Shown piece by piece: positions 46,768 through 55,923 of a DNA stretch of 64,000 nucleotides. The notes under the pieces were generated by a model. It was not told where the DNA came from, ran no database searches, and worked only from the letters and a program-made list of their open reading frames with translations. Position 1 is the stretch's first letter, and each line of letters opens with the position of its first letter. The position numbers and the translations under genes are program-made. Source of the stretch: a bacterium. Its GTDB lineage: Bacteria; Patescibacteriota; Saccharimonadia; CAILAD01; GCA-016700035. The DNA lies in NCBI GenBank assembly GCA_016700035.1, contig CP064998.1, forward strand, positions 462,790 through 526,789, read 5' to 3'.

Positions 46768-47133
46768 ATGCCCGAATTCCACTACTCATGCACGTGGTGC
46801 ACGTGGTCTCGTGTGCTGAGCACCACCGATCCACACGGTCCCATCGTCGAGGTGAACCTCACGCCAGTTCATGACTGGGCGTCTGAAGTCGCCCAAATCA
46901 GAATCAGGTTCCACGGAACACCCTTCGGCCACTGCTCGTACGACAAGGTCACCACCGAGTTGCCAGCAAGAGTCCGTCAGCAGATGGTCGAGAAGTTGGG
47001 TGAGGAACTCACCGAGCGCCTCTTGACCGAGGACTTCCTGCCTCAGATCGACTACGAACTGTATAGGAGGTACTGCAACGGGGGCGCCAACCTCGAAGAT
47101 ATCCATATCAATGCAGAACTATACCGCAAGTGA
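46768..47133 (+). CDS. hypothetical protein encoded by high-GC, high-GC3 foreign-looking gene (121 aa)
   Basis: SD AAAGGGG 7 nt before ATG; codons overwhelmingly G/C-ending unlike neighbours; no family recognised. Confidence 0.5.
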   Translation: MPEFHYSCTWCTWSRVLSTTDPHGPIVEVNLTPVHDWASEVAQIRIRFHGTPFGHCSYDKVTTELPARVRQQMVEKLGEELTERLLTEDFLPQIDYELYRRYCNGGANLEDIHINAELYRK

Positions 47134-47400
47134 GCTCAAGGGCTCGCTTGCAGGACCAACCCAAATCTTTACCTGTTAAAGTTTTGGGTTAATTAGTAAG
47201 CGGGCTGAACCTAGATCGTCCGCGCCAATTATCTCATTGCTATTATACTAAGCAGGCTACCTATTTGGTTAACCAACCACTGCCAGTAGAATTTATGTAT
47301 TATCTTTCAAGATAGCTGGAGCGATATACTGAGCTATTTTTTATTCAAAACCATTGATCAAAAACCAATATTATATAATGATAGTGATCATCTAAGCTAT

Positions 47401-48594
47401 CTACTGAGCTGAGTTTGGCTTACCCGGACAAGAGTTTGGATTCTTATAGCATTCTGTATCTGTACCCCACATGTTACCGCTGATAGTTCGGTTTTTAGCA
47501 CCAGCGTCAAAGGCATAAATACTACCTTCAATACTGAATTTTGGATATTTAGACTGTGCGGTGTAGACGTTATCAACTATCTGAATAGACTGAATACCTG
47601 GTGCACCACCATAAAAGCGCATTGGATAATAACTACTACCAGAAATTTGATTGTGCTTTATTACATATGACTTATCTGGATTTGAATCCTCATCAGCATA
47701 CACTACTACTGAACCAGTTCCATTAAAGGCCGGAGAGCTACTATTATCTCGACAGCCTGGTCCGGGGCCATTTGAAAAACCACCCGTCGTACAGGCTTCG
47801 TAGCGATTACCAATGATAGTATTTTCTTCAATATTCACCGTACCATTATTACCGGTAAAATAGATGTTTGCAGCATGACCTTCATACCTAGTGGCTGAAT
47901 GAAACGGCTTGTCATCGTAATCATAAATATAATTACGCAATAAGCTAATGACAGACCCCGCATCTAAACTACCCCCACTATCGATATTATGTGAACCACC
48001 CCTAACTTGTGAATACTGAATATTATACTGTGCATAATAAGCTCGAACATTATACTCAAAACGATTACCATCATCTATTATGCAGTGGTCAAAGGTAATA
48101 TTTTTCGGCCTAACTGACTTATCGCTGGGATTTCCTAAAAATAAGAAGCCATTTTCCGAAGTTGCCGTACCGGTATAAACTATCTTGCAATTTTTAAAGG
48201 TTATATCACTTGCCGTAATGTAAATACCTCGAGGATTCGTAGCATTTATCTGAATACCATCAAAAGTTTTTCCATTATCCGCTGCCGTGAAGTCGCGCTG
48301 AGGCATTGATGTAAATACAGTCCCAGCTGCAGGTCCAGTATTTTCAAGCGTGGCCGGCCACGTCCAGGCACTCACTGGAGAAACGGTTGCTGTGGTGATT
48401 GGCGGCAGTGGTGTACTAGCTGGAGTTTTGTAGCCAAATTGGCTATCTTTTGTACCAACCGGCTGGCTAGCTGACTGAGGCGATGCAGCTTGCGACATCA
48501 TAATTACTGTTGTGCCAATCACTGCAAACAAAACAGCAAACAGAGACAATTGTTTGTAATTATATTTTTGCTTCTTCTTTAGTTTTACCTTCAT
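47401..48594 (-). CDS. secreted right-handed parallel beta-helix repeat protein (pectate-lyase-fold; adhesin or polysaccharide-active enzyme)
   Basis: Lys-rich N-term + hydrophobic anchor; repeated hxhxNNxh beta-helix rungs (NCKIVYTG, HCIIDDGN, IEENTIIGN); Cys-rich C-terminus. Confidence 0.45.
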   Translation of the reverse strand: MKVKLKKKQKYNYKQLSLFAVLFAVIGTTVIMMSQAASPQSASQPVGTKDSQFGYKTPASTPLPPITTATVSPVSAWTWPATLENTGPAAGTVFTSMPQRDFTAADNGKTFDGIQINATNPRGIYITASDITFKNCKIVYTGTATSENGFLFLGNPSDKSVRPKNITFDHCIIDDGNRFEYNVRAYYAQYNIQYSQVRGGSHNIDSGGSLDAGSVISLLRNYIYDYDDKPFHSATRYEGHAANIYFTGNNGTVNIEENTIIGNRYEACTTGGFSNGPGPGCRDNSSSPAFNGTGSVVVYADEDSNPDKSYVIKHNQISGSSYYPMRFYGGAPGIQSIQIVDNVYTAQSKYPKFSIEGSIYAFDAGAKNRTISGNMWGTDTECYKNPNSCPGKPNSAQ

Positions 48595-48632
48595 TTATAG
48601 ACCCTCTAGATTAAGTATATTTATAGCATACT

Positions 48633-48640
48633 CCCCCCCC
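48633..48640 (-). repeat. homopolymeric G8 (C8 on + strand) tract in promoter region of beta-helix surface protein gene
   Basis: CCCCCCCC at 48633-48640, 39-46 nt upstream of the ATG and 7 nt upstream of a TATAAAT -10-like element. Confidence 0.7.
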
Positions 48641-48845
48641 ATATAAATTACAAAGTTATTATGCTAGATCGCCTGGTGCATGTAACACCTCAAGTATATA
48701 GTCACATTAAGTACTAGTTTTGTCCTGATATATCCTTACTGGAAATAAATCCGTCAAACCTTAACTAGTGTATGTCATAGATAAATCATTATATAATCTA
48801 TAATTTTTCCCAACGATTGAATACATAAGCTGTATAATATGTAGC

Positions 48846-50519
48846 ATGAGTAATGACGAACCCAATCATCAGTCATACGAACAGGCTGTCGAAACCAAAG
48901 TTGTCATACCGCTGGTATTCTTGATTGTAAGCATCATTATTATAGAGTTTTTGCTAAAAAAGACATTTTCTCATAATGTATGGCTGGTAGCTGGAGTGCT
49001 AGTTGGTAGCCTTATCTTTGCTCTCAGTCATCACATTAAGTCACTTCAGTTTGGCAGACGGCATGCCATTTACCTCACGCTCTACCACTTAGTTTTGGCA
49101 TCCGTCTTAATATTTATTGTCCCAATCCAATCATATTATCTACTTATCTGGGCAATCCTAGCATACTTAAGCGAATTCTATTATCAGGCAAAAGGGATTA
49201 CCATCAGTCTGATTGGGCTACTTATTACCATCGCCCTTGGAACTTGGTATCAATTTAAACCCATTACTGTTAATGAGCTGTGGCAGGCTGGCACATGGTT
49301 TGTAGTACTGTCCATTGTTATTCTTATGCTCAGTAGAGTTATGCTTGGCAATCGTAAAAAGCGCTTGGAACTATCAGAAAAAATTATCCATGCCGAATAC
49401 GAGCATGAGCGCATGATTAATCTTATCAATAGTATGACTGAAGCCGTCCTAGCTATTAATGAAAAGGGCACCATCAGTATTTATAATGCAGCCACAATGG
49501 ACCTCTTGGATACCAATGTTGAGCTAGCAGGAAAAAATATTGATGAAGTGGTACATATTTTTGATGCCCAAAAACAACCAATAAGCCTACTAAAGATCGC
49601 TCAGGAAACCCGCTATCTACAGAGGCGCTCTGATGTATTTTTGCACTTTGGCGAAGATGATACTATCGCTCTGGAATTAAATATTAGTCGCACTGAACTA
49701 CGTTCAGCTCTTTCACAAAAGCAAGGCTTTACTCTACTATTGCGTGACATTACCCAGCAAAAGAGCCTTGATGAAGAGCGAGATGAGTTTATCTCGGTCG
49801 TTAGTCATGAATTACGTACTCCCATTACAATTGCTGAAGCCAATGTCTCGATGGCTGAACTTCTCGATAAAAAAGCCGATAGTAAGCCAGAAGAAGTTCA
49901 ATCAGCCCTAGAAAAAGCCCACAAGCAAGTACTATTTTTGTCCGATATGGTGAATGACCTATCGACACTATCTAGGGCTGAACGGACCGATAAAGAAATG
50001 GAATTAGAAACTTTTGCTACAGATGATATTCTAGCCGAGCTAGTCAGTACTTATCGACCGCAAGCTGAGGAAAAATCACTCTACCTCAAGTTAGAAACTG
50101 ACACCATGCTACCAAAATTGACCACTTCACGCCTGTACTTAAAAGAAATATTGCAAAATTTTATTACTAACGCCATAAAGTATACTCAGACTGGTGGTGT
50201 TACGGTGCGAGCACACAATAAGGAAGGTTTTATTGCAATCAGCGTAGCCGACACGGGTATTGGTATTTCTAAGAGCGAGCAAGATAAGGTCTTTGATAAG
50301 TTTTGGCGATCCGAAGACCCCCTCACTCGTCAAACTGGCGGTACCGGACTGGGTCTCTATATTACTTCTAAGCTGGTACGTCGAATTGGTGCACAAGTTG
50401 ATTTTCAGAGTGAACCAAAACACGGATCAGTCTTTGTACTAAGATTACCAATAGTGGCTACTCAAGAAATCGATAAGAAAAACGTTATCAAGAAAGAAGT
50501 CGAAAATATCCTAGAATAG
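48846..50519 (+). CDS. sensor histidine kinase (paralog of 9739-11436)
   Basis: 5-6 TM N-terminus, PAS-like, H-box FISVVSHELRTPIT, G-box GGTGLGLYITSKL. Confidence 0.85.
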   Translation: MSNDEPNHQSYEQAVETKVVIPLVFLIVSIIIIEFLLKKTFSHNVWLVAGVLVGSLIFALSHHIKSLQFGRRHAIYLTLYHLVLASVLIFIVPIQSYYLLIWAILAYLSEFYYQAKGITISLIGLLITIALGTWYQFKPITVNELWQAGTWFVVLSIVILMLSRVMLGNRKKRLELSEKIIHAEYEHERMINLINSMTEAVLAINEKGTISIYNAATMDLLDTNVELAGKNIDEVVHIFDAQKQPISLLKIAQETRYLQRRSDVFLHFGEDDTIALELNISRTELRSALSQKQGFTLLLRDITQQKSLDEERDEFISVVSHELRTPITIAEANVSMAELLDKKADSKPEEVQSALEKAHKQVLFLSDMVNDLSTLSRAERTDKEMELETFATDDILAELVSTYRPQAEEKSLYLKLETDTMLPKLTTSRLYLKEILQNFITNAIKYTQTGGVTVRAHNKEGFIAISVADTGIGISKSEQDKVFDKFWRSEDPLTRQTGGTGLGLYITSKLVRRIGAQVDFQSEPKHGSVFVLRLPIVATQEIDKKNVIKKEVENILE

Positions 50520-50520
50520 C

Positions 50521-51237
50521 TTAAGCTTTCTTATTATTTTTGATTAGCAGAGTTATGGCCATAAAGACTCCTAGCAGTGCAAAACCAACCATAAGTTGCA
50601 ATGATTGCGCAACAGTAATTACACCATCACTACTGGCTCCAAATGGCATCAGCGCAAATACAATAAATACAATGGCAAATACACCACTTAATACTCTCAG
50701 GCGCACTTTATCGCGAAGCAACTTTGTATCTCTGCCTTGTCGCCATAATGCTAACGATATAAATATACTACTGGCATATTGAAACGACAAGATAGCCATG
50801 TATCCTTGAGAAACTGGATTATTAATAATAGTAAAAGTACCCTGCTGAATGGTAGTAACTGGCATTACCGACAAATCACGGACAGCAAAAAAGATAGCTA
50901 CTGCTGTAAGCGCGATACTCGCGCCTATTATCAATAATCGTACCAACCTATTGCGTGGTGAATATATTCTGGCAACTGTCGCCCAAAAGAAGACCCCACC
51001 AACAACCTCAAAAATAGATGACACTAAAAATGCCACGGTTAAGTATTCAGAATTATCCGTTAAAATAGCTGGAATTGTAGCTACCGACATAGTCAGGGCA
51101 TAACAAAAAGTTGCACAACCTAAATAGAAGGAAACTTTATTCTTAGTTTCCTGATAAGACCGAAAACTAGCTATCGTAAAAATAATCAATATTGGTACGC
51201 CTAAAAGCGTATGTATGTAGTTAGTGGGAAAATTCAT
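50521..51237 (-). CDS. hypothetical 7-TM membrane protein (paralog A)
   Basis: 7 hydrophobic helices; shares architecture and RIY(S/L)P motif with adjacent gene. Confidence 0.45.
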   Translation of the reverse strand: MNFPTNYIHTLLGVPILIIFTIASFRSYQETKNKVSFYLGCATFCYALTMSVATIPAILTDNSEYLTVAFLVSSIFEVVGGVFFWATVARIYSPRNRLVRLLIIGASIALTAVAIFFAVRDLSVMPVTTIQQGTFTIINNPVSQGYMAILSFQYASSIFISLALWRQGRDTKLLRDKVRLRVLSGVFAIVFIVFALMPFGASSDGVITVAQSLQLMVGFALLGVFMAITLLIKNNKKA

Positions 51238-51956
51238 TATTTCAAGTCCTTCTTATGGCTAGCTAAGTACATACTTACAACCAGAAAAATTGCAACCAAT
51301 ATGTGTATGATGGCTACAATATATGAAAAAGAGTTACTCGCAACATCTATGCTAAGGATAGGTCTTAAAACATACATTCCTCCAACAATAACAAAAAGTA
51401 TCGCCAGCGAAAAAAGCCGTAGCTTTTTATAAGCACCCACAGCCGACCTTCCTTGTAGCATAAATCTAATACCTAAAAGTAGCAGACTTCCGTACTGTAT
51501 CGCAGTAACAATCTGGTAACCTTGTGAAAATGCGAAGTCAATCTGCCACACTCCATCTACATATAGCATAGTTACTGGATGTGCCATATTTTCAGCAATT
51601 GAAAAATAAACACCAGCCATAATCAATATCAGCTCGCACACAATCACTGCTATTCGAGCCAATCGCTTACCCGGCAAATAAATCCTCACAACCGCCAACC
51701 AGAGCCAAGCTAAGGCGATAAATTGCAGTATATCTCCGGCAATCGTACCATATGTTAACCAAATACTGGTTGGTTCAGCCAGCAGAGGTGGTAGGCCATA
51801 GCACAGCATAGCCAAGAAAAAACTTAAAGCACTTAAGCCAAAATAAAAGTTAAGTTTATTCTGGCTGATACGCCGAGCTGAGAAACTACGCCAAGCAATA
51901 ACGGCTAAAAATGGTATTACTAAGTACCAGTGAATTGTATTAAGCGGAAGTCGCAT
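51237..51956 (-). CDS. hypothetical 7-TM membrane protein (paralog B)
   Basis: 7 hydrophobic helices; 1-nt overlap with paralog A implies operon. Confidence 0.45.
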   Translation of the reverse strand: MRLPLNTIHWYLVIPFLAVIAWRSFSARRISQNKLNFYFGLSALSFFLAMLCYGLPPLLAEPTSIWLTYGTIAGDILQFIALAWLWLAVVRIYLPGKRLARIAVIVCELILIMAGVYFSIAENMAHPVTMLYVDGVWQIDFAFSQGYQIVTAIQYGSLLLLGIRFMLQGRSAVGAYKKLRLFSLAILFVIVGGMYVLRPILSIDVASNSFSYIVAIIHILVAIFLVVSMYLASHKKDLK

Positions 51957-52084
51957 CTTCGCACATTATACCACTTATGTATTAATAAAATAGGCCTACT
52001 ATGTATAATTTCCATCTTAAGCCCATAAGCTAAAGTATTATTGGAGAAATAAATATCACTTACCAAACTTTAATTTCGTATTCG

Positions 52085-52120
52085 TAAACAAAAAGTCATC
52101 CTTCATAAACGGATGACTTT
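52085..52120 (-). terminator. rho-independent terminator after tRNA-Thr(TGT)
   Basis: AAAGTCATCC-gtttatgaa-GGATGACTTT followed by TTTGTTT on minus strand. Confidence 0.55.
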
Positions 52121-52136
52121 ATAAACCCTACCTACA

Positions 52137-52212
52137 TGGAGCCCGCGAAGGGACTCGAACCCATAACCTACGGTTTACAAAACCGTTGCTCTACCAATTG
52201 AGCTACGCGGGC
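52137..52212 (-). tRNA. tRNA-Thr (anticodon TGT)
   Basis: Hand-folded cloverleaf: acceptor GCCCGCG/CGCGGGC, anticodon stem ACGGT/ACCGT loop TTTGTAA, T-loop TTCGAGT, CCA encoded. Confidence 0.85.
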
Positions 52213-52220
52213 AAAAACGA

Positions 52221-52514
52221 TTATATACTAGTGTTTTTTATTATTCTTTTCTTCACAGCCCCCGCAAATAGTCTGTAGGCCGGCCGATTCTCTTTTTTAT
52301 ACACTATTTTAACACCAAGACTAGTAGAACAGTTCTTACATACCAATTCACTATCGCTAGTGACAAAATTAATCATTCGGTCAATATACATTCTCTTAAG
52401 ATGGCCAGATCCATCTTTTTGATAATAACACAAGTGTGTATTGCAGTTCTCGCACCGTATATCCAAGATACGAGACCAGCCACCACGTGCCCTACTGTAT
52501 ATATCGCGTTTCAT
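52221..52514 (-). CDS. hypothetical zinc-ribbon protein (two CxxC pairs) embedded in tRNA cluster
   Basis: C21ENC24 ... C59KNC62 spacing typical of Zn ribbon; no SD (start 5 nt after tRNA-Tyr 3' end). Confidence 0.35.
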   Translation of the reverse strand: MKRDIYSRARGGWSRILDIRCENCNTHLCYYQKDGSGHLKRMYIDRMINFVTSDSELVCKNCSTSLGVKIVYKKENRPAYRLFAGAVKKRIIKNTSI

Positions 52515-52519
52515 AATAA

Positions 52520-52606
52520 TGGTGCAGGGGGAGGGATTCGAACCCCCGAAGGCATAAAGCCGACAGATTTACAGTCTGTTGCGTTTGACCGCTTCGCTAC
52601 CCCTGC
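52520..52606 (-). tRNA. tRNA-Tyr (anticodon GTA), long variable arm
   Basis: Anticodon stem ACAGA/TCTGT loop CTGTAAA identical to bacterial tRNA-Tyr; 17-nt variable arm; CCA encoded. Confidence 0.85.
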
Positions 52607-52617
52607 GTATCTTTTGG

Positions 52618-52692
52618 TGGAGCCCAAACCGAGGATTGAACTCGGGACCTCTTCCTTACCATGGAAGCGCTCTACCACTGAGCTATTTGGGC
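52618..52692 (-). tRNA. tRNA-Thr (anticodon GGT)
   Basis: Acceptor GCCCAAA/TTTGGGC, anticodon stem CTTCC/GGAAG loop ATGGTAA, T-arm CCGAG-TTCAATC-CTCGG, CCA encoded. Confidence 0.8.
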
Positions 52693-52752
52693 GTCTATTT
52701 ACTCGAAGTAAACAGAGCCTAGTCTATCATTTTAAAGGTTTTATTTCAATGC

Positions 52753-53322
52753 TCAAGCTATAAAGCGAGCGCTATATTTCTTAACAGCTGGGCTATCGGG
52801 GCTAAGTTCTTGGGCATTTATTATGGACTGCCTCACCTTATCCGGCTGGCCGGCCACATCATAAAACCTAGCCAAAGCCAGCAGTCGAGACACTGAAGTC
52901 TCAATACTATTAGCTTTCTCCATGGCATTAATCGCCTCTTCAATGCGCTTCTCATGATACAGTACAGTGGCTAGATTTTGCCAATCTGAAGCACTATTTT
53001 GAGATTTTACAGCAAACTCGAAACACTCGGCTGCATCCTCATAATTATGTAAGTGCGAATATACCATACCTAAGCGCCGATAGGCTTGAATATTCTTATG
53101 ATCCAACTTCAAGACCTTGAGATAAGCCTTTTCCGCTGCCATCCATTTTCGTTCATCATAATAGCGTCCCGCTGACGCTATAAGTCGCTTGAGCTGACTA
53201 TCATGCGTGATGGCCTCATTGTCTAGGCCGGCATTCAAATAGTGGGCCAGCTGATTATAGCTAGACCGGATGATGTACCAAGTTAAAACTGCCAATAAAA
53301 TGAAAGCTACGAGCTCAAGCAT
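52753..53322 (-). CDS. membrane-anchored tetratricopeptide-repeat protein
   Basis: N-terminal TM then TPR-like helical repeats (AYLKVLKLDHKNIQAYRRLGMVY...). Confidence 0.55.
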   Translation of the reverse strand: MLELVAFILLAVLTWYIIRSSYNQLAHYLNAGLDNEAITHDSQLKRLIASAGRYYDERKWMAAEKAYLKVLKLDHKNIQAYRRLGMVYSHLHNYEDAAECFEFAVKSQNSASDWQNLATVLYHEKRIEEAINAMEKANSIETSVSRLLALARFYDVAGQPDKVRQSIINAQELSPDSPAVKKYSARFIA

Positions 53323-53992
53323 GGCTCACATCCCCTATGCGCAATGCGCTAGCTTCAAGCAATAATCGTAGATTACCGCTTTTTTGTGCGCTCATCAGGC
53401 GGGCCTGAAGCCACTCGGCAAATGCAAAATTATGTTGTTGTTGACTATCACGTAATAGCCGCTTAGCGAAATCTAGTTGTTGATCGCGATTTGTCAGGCT
53501 GGCTATATAAGTAAATCTCTGCGGAATAGTTTTATTAAAAAAATCTGCTTGATCATCCTGCAGTGCCGTCTTGGCTGTCTGCACCGTAACGATTTGTGAA
53601 CGCGAGCGCAATGTTGGCATCATCCGTGCCACAGTTGGCGTTAAAAGCATGAAGAAAACCTGTTCCGGTGGCTCTTCTAGCGTTTTTAATAAAGCATTGC
53701 CAGCCTCTACGGTCATATTCTCCGCTTCTTCTAGAACTATTATCCGAGGCTCTCCACCAAAAGAAGCCATTGAAAGCTCATGCAAAATATCTGCCGCTAT
53801 CTCTCTAGTTATTTTTCCTTCAGTATTAAGATACATAAAGCTAGTTGAGCGTACGGTATGGCCCGACTGACTGATGATTGTCTGTCCAAGCTCCTGCGCC
53901 CTCTCTTTGCGCTCCTCATTAGTTCCACCAGCGATTATAAAAGCCTGGGCTGTAATTGGTACTTTATTATTCTGCGTCATAGTGGCAACCAT
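53315..53992 (-). CDS. holB: DNA polymerase III delta-prime subunit (short form)
   Basis: Clamp-loader signature NALLKTLEEPP and sensor-1 region; AAA+ fold without intact Walker A. Confidence 0.65.
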   Translation of the reverse strand: MVATMTQNNKVPITAQAFIIAGGTNEERKERAQELGQTIISQSGHTVRSTSFMYLNTEGKITREIAADILHELSMASFGGEPRIIVLEEAENMTVEAGNALLKTLEEPPEQVFFMLLTPTVARMMPTLRSRSQIVTVQTAKTALQDDQADFFNKTIPQRFTYIASLTNRDQQLDFAKRLLRDSQQQHNFAFAEWLQARLMSAQKSGNLRLLLEASALRIGDVSHA

Positions 53993-54884
53993 ACTTATTC
54001 ATTGTAGCTTGAAAATCACTCGGAAGCGAAGCGGTAAATATTTGTCGCTCGCCATTGGGTAATACCAGGCCAAGGCTACGGGCGTGTAGCATTTGACGCG
54101 CCACACCATCTTGCCTGCCATAGGTTACATCACCAAGTATGGGGTGCTTAATAGCCGATAAATGAACTCGAATCTGATGGGTTCGCCCAGTACGTGGTCG
54201 CGCCTCAACTAAGGCTACTCCGTCGCCAAATTGGAGCTGCGAAACTATAGTTTCAGCTGGCTTACCGAGTGGATCAACTCGCATTACGCCAACGCTCTTA
54301 CCAGCTGGCGTTAGGCCAAACTGTAGCCGCTTCACTCCCCGGCCAAACTCACCCCAAACTAATGCCCAGTAAATCTTATCAACTCGACGAGCCCGAAAAG
54401 CCCCTTCTAGATGCGCTCGAGCTTTTTGGTTGCGAGCCAGTATCATCACGCCGGAGGTATCCTTGTCTAAACGGTGAATTATGCCTGGCCGCATTAATCT
54501 GTCGTCATCAACCAAATGAGCAAATGTGCCAGCTAAACTTGGCTCTTCCTTACCGGGCTTAGGGTGGGCAATAATGCCAGCTGGCTTATTCACGACAATT
54601 ACATCGTCATCCTGATAGATAATCTCTGGTACTTCAGACGCAACAAGAGCTGGCTCCAGGTGAGCTGGGCGCTCCAAAATCTCAATCCGCGAGCCAAATG
54701 CTACTTTCTGAGATGGTTTAGCCAGTTTATTATCAAGATACACCTGACCATCAGCTAGCGCCCGTTGCCATAAAGTACGACTTATCTCAGGTATTAAAGC
54801 CACCAATACGGCATCCAATCGCCGTTCAGCCAAGCGACCATCAACAATAAAGACTTCCCCCTTGCGAGATTTTCCCCCTGCCAT
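53967..54884 (-). CDS. rluD: RluA/RluD-family pseudouridine synthase with S4 domain
   Basis: S4 domain N-terminus, catalytic HRLDKDTSGVMILARN. Confidence 0.8.
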   Translation of the reverse strand: MAGGKSRKGEVFIVDGRLAERRLDAVLVALIPEISRTLWQRALADGQVYLDNKLAKPSQKVAFGSRIEILERPAHLEPALVASEVPEIIYQDDDVIVVNKPAGIIAHPKPGKEEPSLAGTFAHLVDDDRLMRPGIIHRLDKDTSGVMILARNQKARAHLEGAFRARRVDKIYWALVWGEFGRGVKRLQFGLTPAGKSVGVMRVDPLGKPAETIVSQLQFGDGVALVEARPRTGRTHQIRVHLSAIKHPILGDVTYGRQDGVARQMLHARSLGLVLPNGERQIFTASLPSDFQATMNKYGCHYDAE

Positions 54885-55864
54885 TAAACTAAGTCACTCA
54901 CCTCAGCTAGCTGATCTTTATTACCCAACACTATCAGGGCATCACCGGCATAAACCACCTCATGCCCCGATGGATTTACCTTACTTAAGCCATCGGCTGA
55001 GTTTAGGGCTAGAACCGTTGCCCCTAATTTATTACTATAAATATGACTTAATTGCTTACCGGCTAGCTCACTATCTTCTTTTACTCTAACCTCCACAACT
55101 GCTAGCTCACTATTGTTATTAGTAGCTAAAATCTCCAAAAAATCGACCACACTAGGACGAGTTAAGGTGGTAGCCATATGGTAAGCCCCTATCTGGTACG
55201 GCATGGTGGTACGATCGGCGCCAGCCCGGAGCATACGATCGCGGTTTTCATCACGATTAACCCGGGCCACAATAAAAATATGTGGATTAAGCTGCCGACT
55301 AGCTAGTACGATAAATAAATTAGCACTATCAGAGCCTAGTGAAGCTACAATCCCCTTAGCTCGATCCACGCCACAACTTCTTAGAACTTCCTCCTTGGTT
55401 GTGTCGCCTACTATTGCGGTATAACCCTTAGCAATCATAGCTTTTACCCGATCTTCGTCTTTATCAACACAAATAAACGGCACATCATCATCAGCTAACT
55501 CATCCGCCACTTGTGAGCCAACCCGACCGAGTCCGCAAATAATATAATGATCATGCATTTTTGCTGTAATTCTTTTCATATGCTTTCGGCGTAAACCGTC
55601 ACCTAGACTTACTATATAGTCCGCCAGCACTTTGAGCAAATAGGCCACCACAACATAGGAGCTAAGAACCAGGAAAAGGACCATCCAGCGACTTTGTGGA
55701 TCCTTAAAGCCATAGTGATCAAAGTGTGAAAGTAAAATTAGAATAGTTTCATAGATCGACTCGGAAAATGATATTTTGGCCGTAGAAATAAAAGTAGCCG
55801 TCCCAAGAGCAATAAGGCAAATGGTAGCAATTAAAATATTCCTAAGTAATCGTCTGTCTAGCAC
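54884..55864 (-). CDS. membrane protein with RCK/TrkA-N and TrkA-C domains (putative K+ channel/transport regulator)
   Basis: Three N-terminal TM segments, Rossmann GxGxxG (ICGLGRVG), TrkA-C-like C-terminus; no canonical TVGYG filter. Confidence 0.55.
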   Translation of the reverse strand: MLDRRLLRNILIATICLIALGTATFISTAKISFSESIYETILILLSHFDHYGFKDPQSRWMVLFLVLSSYVVVAYLLKVLADYIVSLGDGLRRKHMKRITAKMHDHYIICGLGRVGSQVADELADDDVPFICVDKDEDRVKAMIAKGYTAIVGDTTKEEVLRSCGVDRAKGIVASLGSDSANLFIVLASRQLNPHIFIVARVNRDENRDRMLRAGADRTTMPYQIGAYHMATTLTRPSVVDFLEILATNNNSELAVVEVRVKEDSELAGKQLSHIYSNKLGATVLALNSADGLSKVNPSGHEVVYAGDALIVLGNKDQLAEVSDLV

Positions 55865-55923
55865 GGATTTGTAAACTTTATTACCATAACCATTATACGG
55901 GTTTTAGACAGATGATATAAGCC

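Noticed and set aside
46786-47106. 106-aa minus-strand ORF
   Set aside because: Antisense shadow ORF created by the high GC of the foreign gene at 46768-47133. There is no start context.
50521-51956. Possibility that the tandem 7-TM proteins are microbial rhodopsins
   Set aside because: No RYxDW helix-C motif and no conserved Lys in the last TM helix.
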